Notes: generated by a model from the letters alone, not told the origin. Counted from the first letter of the stretch, positions 40,846 to 55,510 are shown. The stretch is DNA of 64,000 bases from Eledone cirrhosa (GCA_964016885.1 OZ024742.1:25606001-25670000), one strand, 5' to 3'. Numbers and translations: made by a program.

Positions 40846-41334
40846 CGGAGAAAGCTTTTTAGCGATACTCCGGCCAAATTCCAACTCACTCAACAAACAT
40901 TAGGAAATAAGTGATTATATTCCCAATTATGTGTTCGGGGTGCTAACTAAAAGTATTGCGTGGAAAATTGGCTGTATTATTTCAAATGAGACATATCTAA
41001 TATATCTCTTCCCAGACGGACGTCTCGTTTCATTATAGGATTCCTACAATTTGGGTGAAATTATACCAATTTATGTAAGAGCTTGTATACCATCAATAGA
41101 TATATATATTCAAGTGGGCTCCTATAATTCATCAGTGGGTGCCCCAATAATACTAATATTGATAATCTAACCAGCAGCAGCATTTAGCGATAATCACTTT
41201 CTGTGCCTGAGGTATCTGTCAGGTTGCCAGTCCAGCAGTTCTGAAAGAAGTGCTCGAACTGATTCAAAAAATGAGGAAGTGAATTACCGCCAAAAAAAAC
41301 AATACATGCGCGTGACAATGAACTCTCTATATAT

Positions 41335-41441
41335 ACAGGTACACACATATTTTATATATGGGTGGTGTGTTGGTGTAATGGCAGACTAGTGGTCTTGATA
41401 ACGAAAGATGTGCGTTCGACTCCCATGTACCTTAATACTCA
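41335..41441 (+). repeat. tRNA-like repeat (copy 2)
   Basis: A box TGGTGTAATGG and B box GTTCGACTCC; acceptor and T stems poor. Confidence 0.55.
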
Positions 41442-41546
41442 ACGTTTTCCATTGTATATATGTACATATGTATATATACAACATATATATATATCATCAT
41501 CATTGTACGTCCGCTTTACCCTGCGTGCAAGGGTATATATATATAC

Positions 41547-41652
<106 letters not shown>

Positions 41653-41728
41653 TCTTGCAAGCAGGGAAAAGAGGACGTACAATGATGATGATGATATATA
41701 TATATATATGGTTTATATATATACATAT

Positions 41729-41759
<31 letters not shown>

Positions 41760-41774
41760 TACATATAAACACAG

Positions 41775-41865
<91 letters not shown>

Positions 41866-41983
41866 ATATTAATAATAATAATACTATTTATAGTTATGTA
41901 TATAGTATAAACAACTATAAACATGAAAGGTCAGTCATTTCCTACAACTTTATTACCATATATATATATATATCATTATCTAT

Positions 41984-42302
41984 TTGATCTGAGTTCAAAT
42001 CCCGCCGAGGTTAACTTTGCCTTTCATCCTTACGGGGTCGAGAAAATAAAGTACCAGTAATGCACTGGAATAATTGCTGGCCTTGTGCCAAAAGTAGAAA
42101 CAATTATCTATAAAAGGCAGTGGATTGGCTGTATCGGTAGAGAGTCGGACACCATGCTTTGAAGCATAGAGTTACGTCCAATTATGATCTGATTTCAAAA
42201 ATCCCGCCGAGGTAAACTTTGCCTTTCATCCTTACGGGGTCGATAAAATAAAGTACTAGTAACGCACTGGTAATTGCTGGCCTTGTGCCAAAAGTAGAAA
42301 CA
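41984..42302 (+). mobile_element. Two tandem Nin-domain SINEs (41984-42102, 42121-42302)
   Basis: Nested TSDs ATTATCTAT (41975, 42103) and ATTATCTATAAAAGGCAG (42103, 42303). Confidence 0.9.
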
Positions 42303-42306
42303 ATTA

Positions 42307-43284
42307 TCTATAAAAGGCAGATTGTTGTTGTGTGTGTGTGTCTGCATGTTCCATGTTTATATATTTGCACAATTTCAAACCGATAGGACTCAATGTCTGT
42401 AAGAATGTTGTAAATGGAATAGCTTAGTTCAACGACTATATACTTCTTTCAAACTCACCCACAATTACAGAAATAATCGATAAAACTAAATACATGACGC
42501 TTTACCCCTCTAATACAATCTGATAACCTCTCTCTACTCCCCTTAACATTCCATAAAACTACATACATGCTGCAACTTTCTCTTATATACGCTTATATTC
42601 ACAAACTTCATTTAGGAACGTCGAAGAAAGAAGAGAGAGAAGACAGTGAGAGAGGGAGAACGTTTATTTTTGAGTCGAAACAACAATTATTCAAAAGCAA
42701 CAGATAAATTTATTTAACAACAAAAAAATAGCGATAAATCTTTTTTAAAACATCTCTCAACGAACTGGGAAGAAAGAAGTATCAGTTTATTTACTATACA
42801 CAATAATATCCTCGTGAAGTCACTAAACCTGCTAGAAATAGCAGCTAACTCTCTCCCACATCACACCCCTCCCTACTGTTTTAAATTCAGAAAACATATA
42901 TCCTCTGTGAGGTCACTAAACCTGCGAGAAACAGCAGCTAACTCTCCCCAATATCACACCCCTCCCTACAGTCTTAAATTTAGAAAACACATTAGACAAC
43001 CATGCAGAAGAACTCCATCGCAGCTCTGTTGTTCGGCTGGCATCGTCTACGCGCGTGTTGCGCAATTACTGTGAAACAATAAATTTCAACACTTCTTTGC
43101 ACAGAGATAATATCCATAGACGAAACTACAATTGTCACTACTGGTGCAGCTCCTGCTTCGGCAGTCCAGGTCTGCAATTCATTCACCCAGTGCCTGGCAG
43201 ACAAAAAGTGCTGCCATAAAATGGGTGGTGCAACCTAAATTTGGTAACTTACTGACCCCGAGGAACGCCGGGCGTTAATGCTAG
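42307..43284 (+). mobile_element. Non-autonomous Helitron
   Basis: A|TC start; hairpin CCCGAGGAACGCCGGG; CTAG|T end at 43281-43284. Contains a ~90-bp tandem repeat at 42806-42990. Confidence 0.7.
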
Positions 43285-43520
43285 TATATTTATATATATA
43301 TATATTATGCAATTGAATATATGAGAGGGAGGAACGCCGATACACGTATACATGTGTTCGAATTGCAAATGACCAAAGTTAGCTAGGTTGAAAGCATACT
43401 AATTTAAAACAACAAGGTTTGCGTGTCTCGGTTTAAAGTAATAAATCAATAAAAATAACAAACCTATATCGGGCAACTGCCGTTTATATTCCCTTCCTTG
43501 ATCTATTTAATTGTAAAAGA

Positions 43521-43662
<142 letters not shown>

Positions 43663-43821
43663 TTATATTTATATATTTATATATTTATATATTTATTTAT
43701 TAAAATAACAAATCAAAGTTTAAGCAAAGAATCGCTGCTTTCATCCAAGGGTTCTTATATATTCGATATATATTTATCCTTATCGAGCCCTCTGGATTTT
43801 ATTCTTCATATTTATTATTAT

Positions 43822-43882
<61 letters not shown>

Positions 43883-44222
43883 TAGAGAGAAAGAGATAGA
43901 GAGAGAGAGAGAGAAAGAGGGAGAGGGAGAGAGGGGGGGGGGGGGGCGAGACATAGCTGGTGTTATATATTGAATCGTATGTGAAAGCTGTATCTAAATA
44001 ACATCTTTGTAGCCTCGGTATGAATTTAAGATGCACTGAACTTTTCACCAGTAGTCTTAGGAAAAGACACGACAGCCTTCAAGTATATTTATTTACATGA
44101 AGATTTCGTATATGATTCAACATACTATCCCAGTCACGTCTCAATCACGCTGTCAGAGTATCACTAACTCTCATATACAAATGTATATATAGATTCCGAG
44201 CTAAATATAAGCCCTCTATCTA

Positions 44223-44367
<145 letters not shown>

Positions 44368-44369
44368 CA

Positions 44370-44705
44370 TAAGCAAAGAGATATTTAATTCGTTGGTTAT
44401 TTAACAAATTTATTTATAACAGATTCGAACCACTCTACAAGTTTTCTGGACTATAATATCAATGATATTAATGAATGTAAACTATATTTATAAAACCAGA
44501 TTTATTTTATTATATATATTTCAAGGGAACCAACATTTTGGTAGGCCCCCATCAGATAAAATACAAAATTTGTTTTATAAGTAGGTCACCATTTATAAAA
44601 CAAATTTTGTATTTTATCTGAAGAGAGCGTACCAAAATGTTGGTACCCTTGAAATATATATAATAAAACAAATATGGTTTTATAAATATAGTTTCCATTT
44701 ATTAG
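44370..44705. mobile_element. Family A fold-back (arms ~44467-44580 / 44593-44705)
   Basis: Direct comparison; left-arm core mutated to CTGATGG. Confidence 0.85.
44612..44668 (+). ncRNA. Minimal type I hammerhead (family A)
   Basis: ttttat CTGAAGA gagcgtacca-aaatgt-tggtaccctt GAAA tatata TA ataaaa. Confidence 0.8.
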
Positions 44706-45186
44706 TGGATATGCGCATGTCTCGGACATGACGCCCTTAATTTAATTTTGGATATATAAATGGCCCCTTAATTGTAGAGCTAACTCAGTTGAAAGGACTC
44801 GGCTGCTATTTATAGCTGTCCATAATCCTACTCACGCCACTGGTATGTCGCTGGTACGATATGTGTATTTTAAAAAAATGCAACACCTGACACGGGTCAT
44901 CCGCAGATTTGCATTTGCTGTGTAAACACAGATAGTTAAATCTTCTCCATTGTTGAAAATCCGTTTTCACTACTGTGATTTACGGATTAATGGTGAAATA
45001 TATTTCTTTAATGAAATATATACAAGGAAGATTAAACATTTTAAAAGGTATCTACATTTGAAGTTCTAGTTAAACTTTAATTAGTTATCTACCTAGCTGT
45101 GTGTGCTTACACACTTTACAAATTATCCCCTGTGATTGCTTCATGTGTTTATTTTAGATATATATACATGTCAATCAATTTCTAGT

Positions 45187-45274
<88 letters not shown>

Positions 45275-45515
45275 TCACACATATATGTGTGTATTTGTAT
45301 ACTTAGAAAGGGAGAGTGGGGGATGTAAATTTACAGTATATCTTTCTGTCTATCACCTGGTATTTATCCACTGTGATCTGACCCTACACCAGGTAGGATC
45401 TAACCGAGTCGCTTATGTCGACACGACCTGGCCTTGTAATTAATCAAAATATTGCATGGAATATTGCATGATCACACTAAATTCATGCATTAATTGCAAC
45501 CAAAGCAATGGATAT

Positions 45516-45546
<31 letters not shown>

Positions 45547-45578
45547 CGAAGGAAATGTGGTAACGAACCAGACTCGTT

Positions 45579-45643
<65 letters not shown>

Positions 45644-45990
45644 TAAGTACCACGGCCATTTGCCAATATCGTTTGTTTTTATTGATTTATTATTTTAAAT
45701 CGAGACAGGCAAACTTTATTATTATAATTAGTATTTTTCAATCTAGCTAACTTAGTCATTTACAATACAAACACTTATATGTTGGTATTCGTCTTTTATC
45801 ATATATATTAATTTATATTAACTTGTATATATATATATATATATATATGAAAAGTGTAATTTACTACACAAAACGAAGGTTATAGAGAAAATTGAGGTTG
45901 GTAATGGCACATGGAATATATAAGAGACAGAATACTTTTTTGTGAAAAAACATATAATTTTATAAGGTAAGGAAATAATAAAGGGTATAA

Positions 45991-46038
45991 AAAATGACCG
46001 GTTTCGATGGGTCTGCAAAAGCCATCTTTTCAAATGTT
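45991..46038 (-). ncRNA. Hammerhead variant with U3-A8 core (family G)
   Basis: aacat TTGAAAA gatgg-loop-ccatc GAAA ccgg TC atttt. Confidence 0.55.
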
Positions 46039-46184
46039 GATTAATATTAAGAAAAATTAATAATAAGAAGAGTTAAAATTTGAGATTTGAAAATTCAAGT
46101 ATAAAATTCATCGTGGGATTTCACAGTAGTTTTCATCTTGGTAGCAGCTCGTTTAGCAGCTCGTTGACTGCTGGGTGCCTTTCT

Positions 46185-46289
<105 letters not shown>

Positions 46290-46323
46290 ATACTTTGGGA
46301 GGGTCATGTTGCCAATACATATA

Positions 46324-48573
46324 CATTAGGCATATTTCTAAAGTACAATTTTGTTAAAAAAATAAATGAGCATGCCATTTTCAGATGAGCGTTTACTAGA
46401 AAATAATTGTGAGCATGTTAAAAAATATTATAATTTTAAAGAACTCTTGCACAAGGTAGATTCTTTAACATTGATTATACTAATATAGAATTGCATATAA
46501 AATATAGTATTCTTCCTCAAATTGTTTAAACGATTAAGTTTATTGCTTGGTCATCATTTATTTGTCAGATTAATCTTGTCATAAAATTCATAAAATACAT
46601 AAATAGAATAAATTAAAATTTGCGAGGTATATTTATTAATATATTTTAATATTTATAATTATATTATATTAATATTATAAATTTCAGATGTATAAAAATC
46701 CAGTTGCTAAAGAGGAAAGTAAAAAGATTTGGGCACAAAATATTTGTCATTTTGAGAAGAGAAAGAAATCTAGGAAAAACGAAAATTCAAAGTTCATTAA
46801 TCGAATTATGCAAGCTACTTACTGAGCAACAGATCGTTATATCACTGTTGCTGCTGAAGAGAAAAATTCCAAAAAAAGAATTAAGATAATTACAGGAGAA
46901 TGTGAAAGTTTATGGGAAAAGTTCAGCTTTCCAACAACTATCAACAAACTTTCAATACCTCGAAAAATTGAAAAAATAATTTAAAAAAAGGAAAAAGAAG
47001 TGAAAAGATCTGGCTCTGCGAATTTCAATAATCTGTTTGACATTACAAAAAGATATGGGATAAGATTAGCAGCCGAAGATTTGTCATTTTATGAAAAGCA
47101 AGTTGAGAGTGAAAAGAAAATCCATCCTTCAAAGAGAATTAAAAACAAAAGACAAGAACTAGATCACGATAAGCCATCCTGCTCATACATTCATCTGGAC
47201 TCAAATAAAAGTTATAGTGACACCGATACAAATACCAGCGATTACAAACCTTCACCTTCACCAGAAAAAAATCAAAAAAAGAGATAACGCAGCCCATGCT
47301 GTTAACCTAGTAAGAAATACTAAATTACCTAGTAGAAAAGCAGCAGCTGTTTGCAAACAATTTAAAAGTGGGGGTATTAAGGTGAGCACCCCGAGTCAGT
47401 CGGCAGTGCACAAAGCAGTTATCAGACAAGGTGAGAAACTCATGGAAAAGTGGAAAAATGAACTCAAAAGGGAAAAATGGAGCCTTCATTTTGATGGAAA
47501 ACGAATGAGGGACGTAGAATATCAGGTTGTAGTGATAAAAAATGATGAGAAAGAAATACGCCTGAGGCCGATGGCATTAACCGATGGAAAGGCTCTTACT
47601 ATATTTAATGGATTGAAAGAAGTTATTGACAAATATGAACTGTGGGAATTTATCGTGATGATAGTCTCCGACACAACTAGTGTCAATACCGGCAAAAAGG
47701 CAGGAGTTGTTGCCATGCTCAACAGTGAGTTCGCGCGTCGCAGTTTTGGCAAGCCATTATCTGTTGGATGCCAGCACCACATTTTAGACCGTGCATTGAA
47801 AGTTTATTTTGATCAACTATATAGTAGCAAAACAACTTCGTCATATATCACTTATTACTTTGTTGAGGCCATTTTAAAGAACTATTACGAACTGAAGCAG
47901 AACTTTTCAAATGGAACGACGGAAATTAATGAAACTCCGAAGCGATGGATTTCCTTCAGCATCTCATGATAGCCGTGCAACATTTCTTTGAAAACGGTGC
48001 GTTTCCTAAATTAAATTTTAACAAATTAACTAATTTGCACAATGCTCGTTGAAATAGCCGAGCAATTTATTTGTTGCTTGGGTTTATTTTGATGCCTGAT
48101 GAACGAGCCGAGCTGCGCGCTGGTGCCGAATACATCTGCGGAATGTGGTGGAAAATGTGGTTCTCAAAGCAACTGTATAGAGCTGACAGCAAGCAGAAAC
48201 TCATTGTCCAACTAATTAAGGCCAAGTGTGAAAAGGCTGCAAATACCGTCAGAAAATTTTGGTCTAATGAATCTCCAATTGTGACGCAACGCTCGAACAT
48301 TTGCGCTGAGCGAGTTGTAAAAGTTGTGCAGGACCTTTTGCCATTTTGTAAAAGTAATAATTAAAATAAATGTTTTATTGTCATAATTTATTGTTTTAGG
48401 TATTCATTTTATGGGACTGGCTAATTACCAAAAAATTAAAAATATAATTTAGTATGTGCAACAATTTTTTTCAAAATTTACAAAAAAACTACTGTAATTC
48501 TTTCTTTATGACAAAAACCTCATTAGAAAGTAGCAGGGTCATATGGGGTTGTAAAAAAGTCATATGCCTAATA
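46324..48573 (+). mobile_element. Decayed hAT (hATm-like) DNA transposon
   Basis: TIRs CATTAGGCATAT / ATATGCCTAAT(A); 8-bp TSD TACATATA at 46316-46323 and 48574-48581. Confidence 0.8.
47000..48364 (+). pseudogene. hAT-family transposase pseudogene
   Basis: Motifs SLHFDGK, SDTTSVNTG, GCQHHILD (CxxH), HNAR*NSRAI (RW motif with W mutated to stop) and SNICAERVVK, spread over frameshifted ORFs. Confidence 0.85.
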
Positions 48574-48833
48574 TACATATATACATATAAACGACTAAAC
48601 GTTGCCATCCAACAATCAACACAAGTACGATTCCTACAATTTTTCCTATTATTCTTTTCATTTGATTAAGAGCCCCACACGAAACGTCAGATCTCTTCTT
48701 CATTCTCTCTTCAGCATAAATATGTCAGCTATGTCTATAATCTTCTCATTCCTGTACAAATAGTGTGTAACCACATGTTTTTTTCTCACAGCTGCGTTTA
48801 CGTTTAAACTGGTCATTTCGAGTCGGCATGACC

Positions 48834-48920
<87 letters not shown>

Positions 48921-48951
48921 GGGAAGTAAGTTTCTATACAAAACAGTGGAA

Positions 48952-48999
48952 AGTATTACCAGTTTCGATGTATTGTTAAAATTCATCTTATCAAATGTT
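48952..48999 (-). ncRNA. Hammerhead variant with U3-A8 core (family G, copy 2)
   Basis: aacat TTGATAA gatg-loop-catc GAAA ctgg TA atact; stem I weak. Confidence 0.45.
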
Positions 49000-49110
49000 G
49001 GGTATTGAAATAAAAAATTTAAAAAGAATTAATAGGAGATAAAAACTAAAAATTAAAGAATTAAAATTAAAATCAAATGTAGGAGCAAGTTTTTTCCCAT
49101 CTTTCTTGCA

Positions 49111-49291
49111 CTGCTTTCACCCTTAACGGCATCTTCAGAAGATCCCGTTAAGGGTGAAAACAGCGATTCTTTGCTTAAACTCTAATCTGTTATTTTAATA
49201 AATATTTGCTCTATGGTTCTTAAATATTTGATATATATTTATCCTTATCAAGCACTCTTTGGATTTTAGTCTTCACATTTATTATTACTAC

Positions 49292-49296
<5 letters not shown>
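49111..49296 (+). mobile_element. Family D element with fold-back apex inside the HHR core
   Basis: CTGCTTTCACCCTTAACGGCATCTTC-A-GAAGATCCCGTTAAGGGTGAAAACAG; tail shared with 43750-43825 and 33505-33565. Confidence 0.75.
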
Positions 49297-49329
<33 letters not shown>

Positions 49330-50271
49330 CCACTACACACTAATTGTGTAAGTGAAGTACCCTGGTACTAGATTTATTCCAGTTAGCATTGTGTAGGACG
49401 CTGTGCGACACATGTGTGTAACTGTGTGTGTTTGTGATTAGTGAAGCAGAGACATCTCAAATGTCTTAAGCTAAACTTTGCTCTGGGTCTACATAACATT
49501 AGATTAGAATATATTGAGGTCTACATTAATCGACATACATTTACTTACCACCTCTTCTAATATTTATTATCATAAATCGCCCTTTAATGCTACTCAGTCT
49601 CTCATAAATTTCACAATATATATCTAGGTTTTAAACACCTCTAGAAAAGGAAACTTTCAGTGGATTAAAAGAAAATGCGGTCATAACACGTGAAAATAGA
49701 TTGAAAGTTTAAAGGATGAAAATGAATCAGATGGTGTCGTAATAGGGTTCATTGAATTTTGGAATTGTATTTCTATATTTTTCTAAGGCTAGACATCACC
49801 GATATTTGGAACAGTATCTGGAATTTCTGGATATTTCAATTGGGAAAGATTACATCCCGTTTAGAGGAGTCGTTAAATGACATCTATGGAACAATATATA
49901 TGGAAACAAATATTTAATATCAGGGATGTTGTATAACTTGACTGTCATAAACATTATTTACTCATCTACAATGAACTGGGTAAACTGAAACTTAATATTG
50001 ATTTAGATTGATATTTATTTTTCATATGTATATTACCTGATCCAAGCATTTTCTAATGTTTCTAGGTTCAGTCTAACCTAGTATTTATTTCAATCTCTTA
50101 TTCATTCCATCGCTATATTCTATAACATATCGCTACATTATTAATCGTAAACAGAAACAGACGTAAAATTAAACACACACACATCTCCTTCTCTCTCTCT
50201 TTCTCTCTCCCCCTCTCTCTCACTCTCTCTCTCCCTCTCTCTCTCCCTCTCTCGCTCTCTCTCTCTCTCTT

Positions 50272-50322
<51 letters not shown>

Positions 50323-50327
50323 GCATG

Positions 50328-50417
<90 letters not shown>

Positions 50418-50458
50418 CGAAACATAATTCAATTGCATGAACTCATAATCCTTTATTT

Positions 50459-50514
50459 ACTGCTATATAAATTTCGATGATAGCCATTGAATGGCTATGA
50501 CCTCATCAGGCAGT
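50459..50514 (-). ncRNA. Minimal type I hammerhead in a ~110-bp insert within (TA)n
   Basis: actgc CTGATGA ggtcatagccat-tca-atggctatcatc GAAA tttata TA gcagt. Confidence 0.8.
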
Positions 50515-50517
50515 TAG

Positions 50518-50556
<39 letters not shown>

Positions 50557-51102
50557 TGTATACGTATATATATATATATATATATATTAGTAAAAGGAAA
50601 AGAAAATGCTGACAAATTGTTCCCAGTGAAAAATAGTTTCATTAGGATTAAGTAAAAATTAGTAATAAGTATTGGCTAGTATTCTGTTTTAGTTTTAAGT
50701 TTTTACCGGTTGCGCATTTCTAATGCTTTTCAAAAATAGTTTTGAGATAGAGCGCCCGGGATGTTTGCTCAAATCTGATCAGTTTTGGAAATTCTACCTG
50801 TTTTATGTAAAAAGAGTGGTTCCAGAGGTATTAAGATTTGGTTGGTTGTTGAATGTCACGTGAATAAGTACTATAAGTTTCGCGCCAATTCGTGTTGCAA
50901 AAATTCTTGTAGTCAAAACAATTTTGATTAGTCGGTAGAGGTCACGTGAATGTTAAAAATTGATTTTGCGCCAAATGTAGGTTTGTCGAAGAGTGTCCTT
51001 TTTCGCCTGACTGTGAAGTCACTGAAAAATAAGTCTTTTAAGGCAGATATATGTGTGTGTATGTGTGTGTAGTAAGGAGGTTCGTTGTTGTGATAATGGT
51101 CA

Positions 51103-51155
<53 letters not shown>

Positions 51156-51159
51156 ATAA

Positions 51160-51344
51160 TTGTTTCTACTTTAGGCACAAGGCCAGCAATTACCCAGTGC
51201 ATTACTGGTACTTTATTTTATCGACCCCGTAAGGATGAAAGGCAAAGTCAACCTCGGCGGGATTTGAACTCAGATCGTAAAGGGACGTAACTATGCTGGA
51301 AAGCATGGCGTCAAAACCCTCTACCGATACTGCCAATCCACCGC
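51160..51344 (-). mobile_element. Nin-domain SINE
   Basis: Consensus match; GATAAT flanks. Confidence 0.92.
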
Positions 51345-51406
51345 AGATAATGGTCAGTATATGTGATATATGTGATAATGCCAGTATATATATGTGATAA
51401 TAGTCA

Positions 51407-51446
<40 letters not shown>

Positions 51447-52051
51447 GACAGGCTTTTGCAATTTCTTCTTAGAGATGCTACTCGCAAGCCATTGGGGAAA
51501 CCAACGCTATAGTAGAAGACATTGTCCCAAGGTCCATCGCAGTGTGACAACCCAGAATCAACTTGTTGCAAAGCGTTTACTTAAATCACTTAGCTATACC
51601 TGTGATTTATATTTGTAGAATGGCTTTGATTCAACATTGACATAAAGGGTCACATCACGACACACACATATTTTATATATATACTTATCTCTTACTTAAC
51701 TCTCATTCATTCTTTATCTCTGATAGTATTTGATGCTGGCAAGATCAGAAAAGGGATTTAAACTGCCAGGTTTACGTTAACGAAGGAAATGACAACACGT
51801 TTGAAAATTCACTGGAATGCGAAGGTCTAAAACAAAATATGTTTATCTTCATATTTCTTGTGTACCATATTCCACAAGCAATATATGTGACAACGAGTAT
51901 TTAGACGCTTGTATACGTTGCTGTGCAGTTGGATATAATCCAGTCCCATGTGGTTGCTAGATATTACAAATTCCACATTTATCAAATCAACAACAACTGG
52001 ATTCAACAAAAATAACAGCCACATTTCCGTGCATTTAAAAAAGGAAGGTCA

Positions 52052-52544
52052 TCTATATACATAAATGGCAATTTCTGTTTGTTTGTTTGTGAACCGAGAA
52101 CTCGAAAACTACCAAACCGATCTTGATGAAACTTGACACGTGTGTGGGGCTCATGCCCATTTGATTTCTTACGTATATATCATTTTAATCAAAGGGTGCC
52201 CTGGGGCACAAACACCCGCTGAAAATGCTTTCCCTTCGATTAATATGAAATTTAAACCATAGGTGGGTGACTAAATATGATGCCTATTCACATAATTTCA
52301 GCAAGTTTCAATAATATTAAGACACCCTAATGGGAGTTCTATTCTTTTCCTTATAGCAACACTCAACTTCTCTGACAAAAATATTTTCGCCTGACCAATG
52401 CAATCAACAATATTTGTTTCGTAAAAGAATTTGTCTTAGCTTTTGATTATCTGTCCTATATTTTGATTTCATTTTTGGTCTGAGAGGCATTGGCCATTTT
52501 AATGGGAACTGGGAATACCGGGTATTACCGGGTACCTCAGCTAG
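52052..52544 (+). mobile_element. Non-autonomous Helitron
   Basis: A|TCTATATAC start; subterminal CCGGGTATTACCGGG; CTAG|T end; no TSD. Confidence 0.8.
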
Positions 52545-53502
52545 TATTAGATAAATGTGCTTCTATGTACCACTCCTCAAATGACAGGCTGGTCACAGTT
52601 ATGCCATAGATATGTCATGAATACATTAATGTCATCCTTAATTATAATTTAATTAGAAGGAAATTAAACAGTCAATGGCAATTAGAATCGCATACAACAA
52701 TTTATTTCCATGAAGTATTTTTTAAATATACATTCATCTATTTATTTTGATTCCATAAATGAAGTAAAAAAAGCAGATGTACTGAACATAAAGATTCTTT
52801 ACAAAATTCATAAAAAAATCGAATCCTGCGTCTATATCTGTTAACAGTTGTTTATTTAAAGCCAAAATGAAAAAAAGCTACAAAATATGAGCTAATCTCA
52901 ACAAAATCCCTCGCTAACTAGCCGATTATTTTAATTTAATCAGCTAATTATAAAAAGAAGCGAAATAAAATATACTACATTGCATTTAAAAGACGTCGTT
53001 TAAAATTATTCTAGCTGTCATTAAAAAGCATCTCCATTTCTTTTTAGTCCAAGGATTTGATATTATCAAATTCCTTTTTTTATTTTACATTTGAATGAAG
53101 ATTAAATAAAATAAATACAAGAGAAAGGTTCTTATTTTATTAGTATTTAGCTAGCATTTTAAGTTAAGAAAATGTTTGTGTTTTTCAAAGAACTACACAC
53201 ACATTTTAATAAAGCATCATATTGGTTATATTGTTGTTTCATTACTGTCGTATCTAGTGACGGATACTTTCAATTGTTTGACTAACGAGACAGCCTGCTA
53301 TTGAAATTAACATGTAAGTGGATCAGCAATTCACATACACGTGTACAATTAACGCCATTATCAGGAAGGAATCAGCGTGACAATGTCTGTGAAAAGCTTG
53401 GCATATTTGAATCTTAGGTTGATCAACTTAAAATAAGACACTCACATACACACCAATAAGGGGAGATAAAAATGGAAGAGCGAAGTTCCTTCAGAGAATA
53501 AA

Positions 53503-53599
<97 letters not shown>

Positions 53600-53708
53600 A
53601 AGTAAGAAAGAGAGTGACAGAGAAGAGAGAGAGAGAGAGAGAAAGAAAGAAAGAAAGAGAGAAAGAGAGCGAGAGAGAAGAGAGCGAGAGAGAAAGAGAG
53701 AGAGATAG

Positions 53709-53740
<32 letters not shown>

Positions 53741-53741
53741 G

Positions 53742-53812
<71 letters not shown>

Positions 53813-53968
53813 GGGGTAATGAACTCGCTTCTTGGCTGATACTATATTTATCAATGTCGAGGAGATACATGTCATAGGTGATTTTGTGAATACATTTAAA
53901 CTAAGAGAGCAGAGGGTAATAATTTTAGAGAAAACATTTCCATATAATAAGAATGACAATATTGATAA

Positions 53969-54270
53969 TTGTTTCTTCTTTTGGCACAAGTCCAACAATT
54001 ACCTCAGTGCATTACTGGTACTTTATTTTACCGACCCCGTAAGGATGAAATGCAAAGTAATATCAATAATGATAATTATAATAATTGTTTCTACTTTTGG
54101 CACAAGGCCAGCAATTATCTAGCGTATTACTGGTACTTTATTTTATCGACCCCGTAAGGATGAAAGGCAAAGTTAACCACGGCGGGATTTGAACTCATAT
54201 GGTAAAAGGCCGTAACTCTATGCTGCAAAGCATGGTGTCCGACTCTCTACCGATACTACCAATCCACCGC
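53969..54270 (-). mobile_element. Two adjacent Nin-domain SINEs (53969-54058, 54084-54270)
   Basis: Consensus match; ATAATAAT flanks on the second copy. Confidence 0.9.
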
Positions 54271-54357
54271 ATAATAATAACAATAATTTATTATATACAC
54301 AACGGCACCAAATGAGGGACCATTAGAAAGAGAAATAACATTAAGTGGTGTTTATAT

Positions 54358-54427
<70 letters not shown>

Positions 54428-54457
54428 AGATCAAAAGATGGTTAAAAGAGTTCCATG

Positions 54458-54528
54458 TATTTTATTATGCGCATTTCAAAAACAAATATCATCATGCAAT
54501 AACATTTGCGTTTTCGTCAGATAAAATA
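54458..54528 (-). ncRNA. Type I hammerhead at the PLE 3' end
   Basis: tattttat CTGACGA [~16-bp stem II, gcat loop] GAAA tgcgca TA ataaaata; perfect 8-bp stem I and palindromic stem III. Confidence 0.85.
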
Positions 54529-55510
54529 GGGAGACATGATACGAAGGTTAAAACACACTTGTGAATAGTGCAGTTTTAAATCAACATATGAAAAGTAGTT
54601 TTAGATTGATGTGTGATATTGGGAAAAAAATGTTTGAGGGGGGGGGGGGGGATGAAAAAGAGGAGGAGATGAGAGTAAATAGTGGAGGGGTAGGAGTATA
54701 ATGAGGAAGGATGAGATAGGAGGAGAGACGGGTGATAGAGAGAGAGAGATAGCTTTTATAACTGAGAAAAATATATTGCTTTACATAGAGAGGTTGCAAA
54801 ACCGTTGGAAGATAATATATAAATTAAAAGAATTTGAAAATTAACGAAGAGAAAAATTTAGAATAATGTTAAGTTAAGGTTTGTATATTTAAGGGTTTAA
54901 TAATATGTGCGATGAAAAGAAATTGTTAATATGTATTAAGAATAATATTTAAGGGTTTAATAATATGTGCGATGGAAAGAAATTGTTGATATGTATTATT
55001 AAATAAAAGTAAAAATATAGCAATAGTAATGTAAGTAAGGATATATCGTGTAAGAAGTAGAAGATTGGATGATTAAGTGTAATATGTATAAGTTAGATGA
55101 GCATGAAAGGGAGAAAAAATAATGAATTGAGGATGAATAATCTAACGTCAAAAAAATGTTTATGTTTACGAAGGATTTTTTCAAGGTGATATAAAGTAAG
55201 AATATATTTTGCTGTGTAATAATTGTTTCTACGTTAGGCACAATGATAATTGAGAAGTATCTAGGAAGAAAAGGTACAGATTAGGGGTTAGAAATTAAAA
55301 GAAAAAGAAAAAAAGAAAAGAAAAAAAGGAAAAAAGAAAGAAATGGAAGTGATAAATAGGAGTGATATAGAATGAGTAACTAGTATTATATAATGTATAA
55401 TAAATAACATTGAAATAAGGTAGAAAGATGGGTATATTTTTAAAGAAATATATATGTATCTATATATGTGCCTTTGGGAAAAGGATTTTAAATTGATAAT
55501 GTATTAGATA

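Noticed and set aside
48655-48695. GAAACGTC minimal HHR-like 3' half
   Set aside because: The core and stem II are not recognisable.
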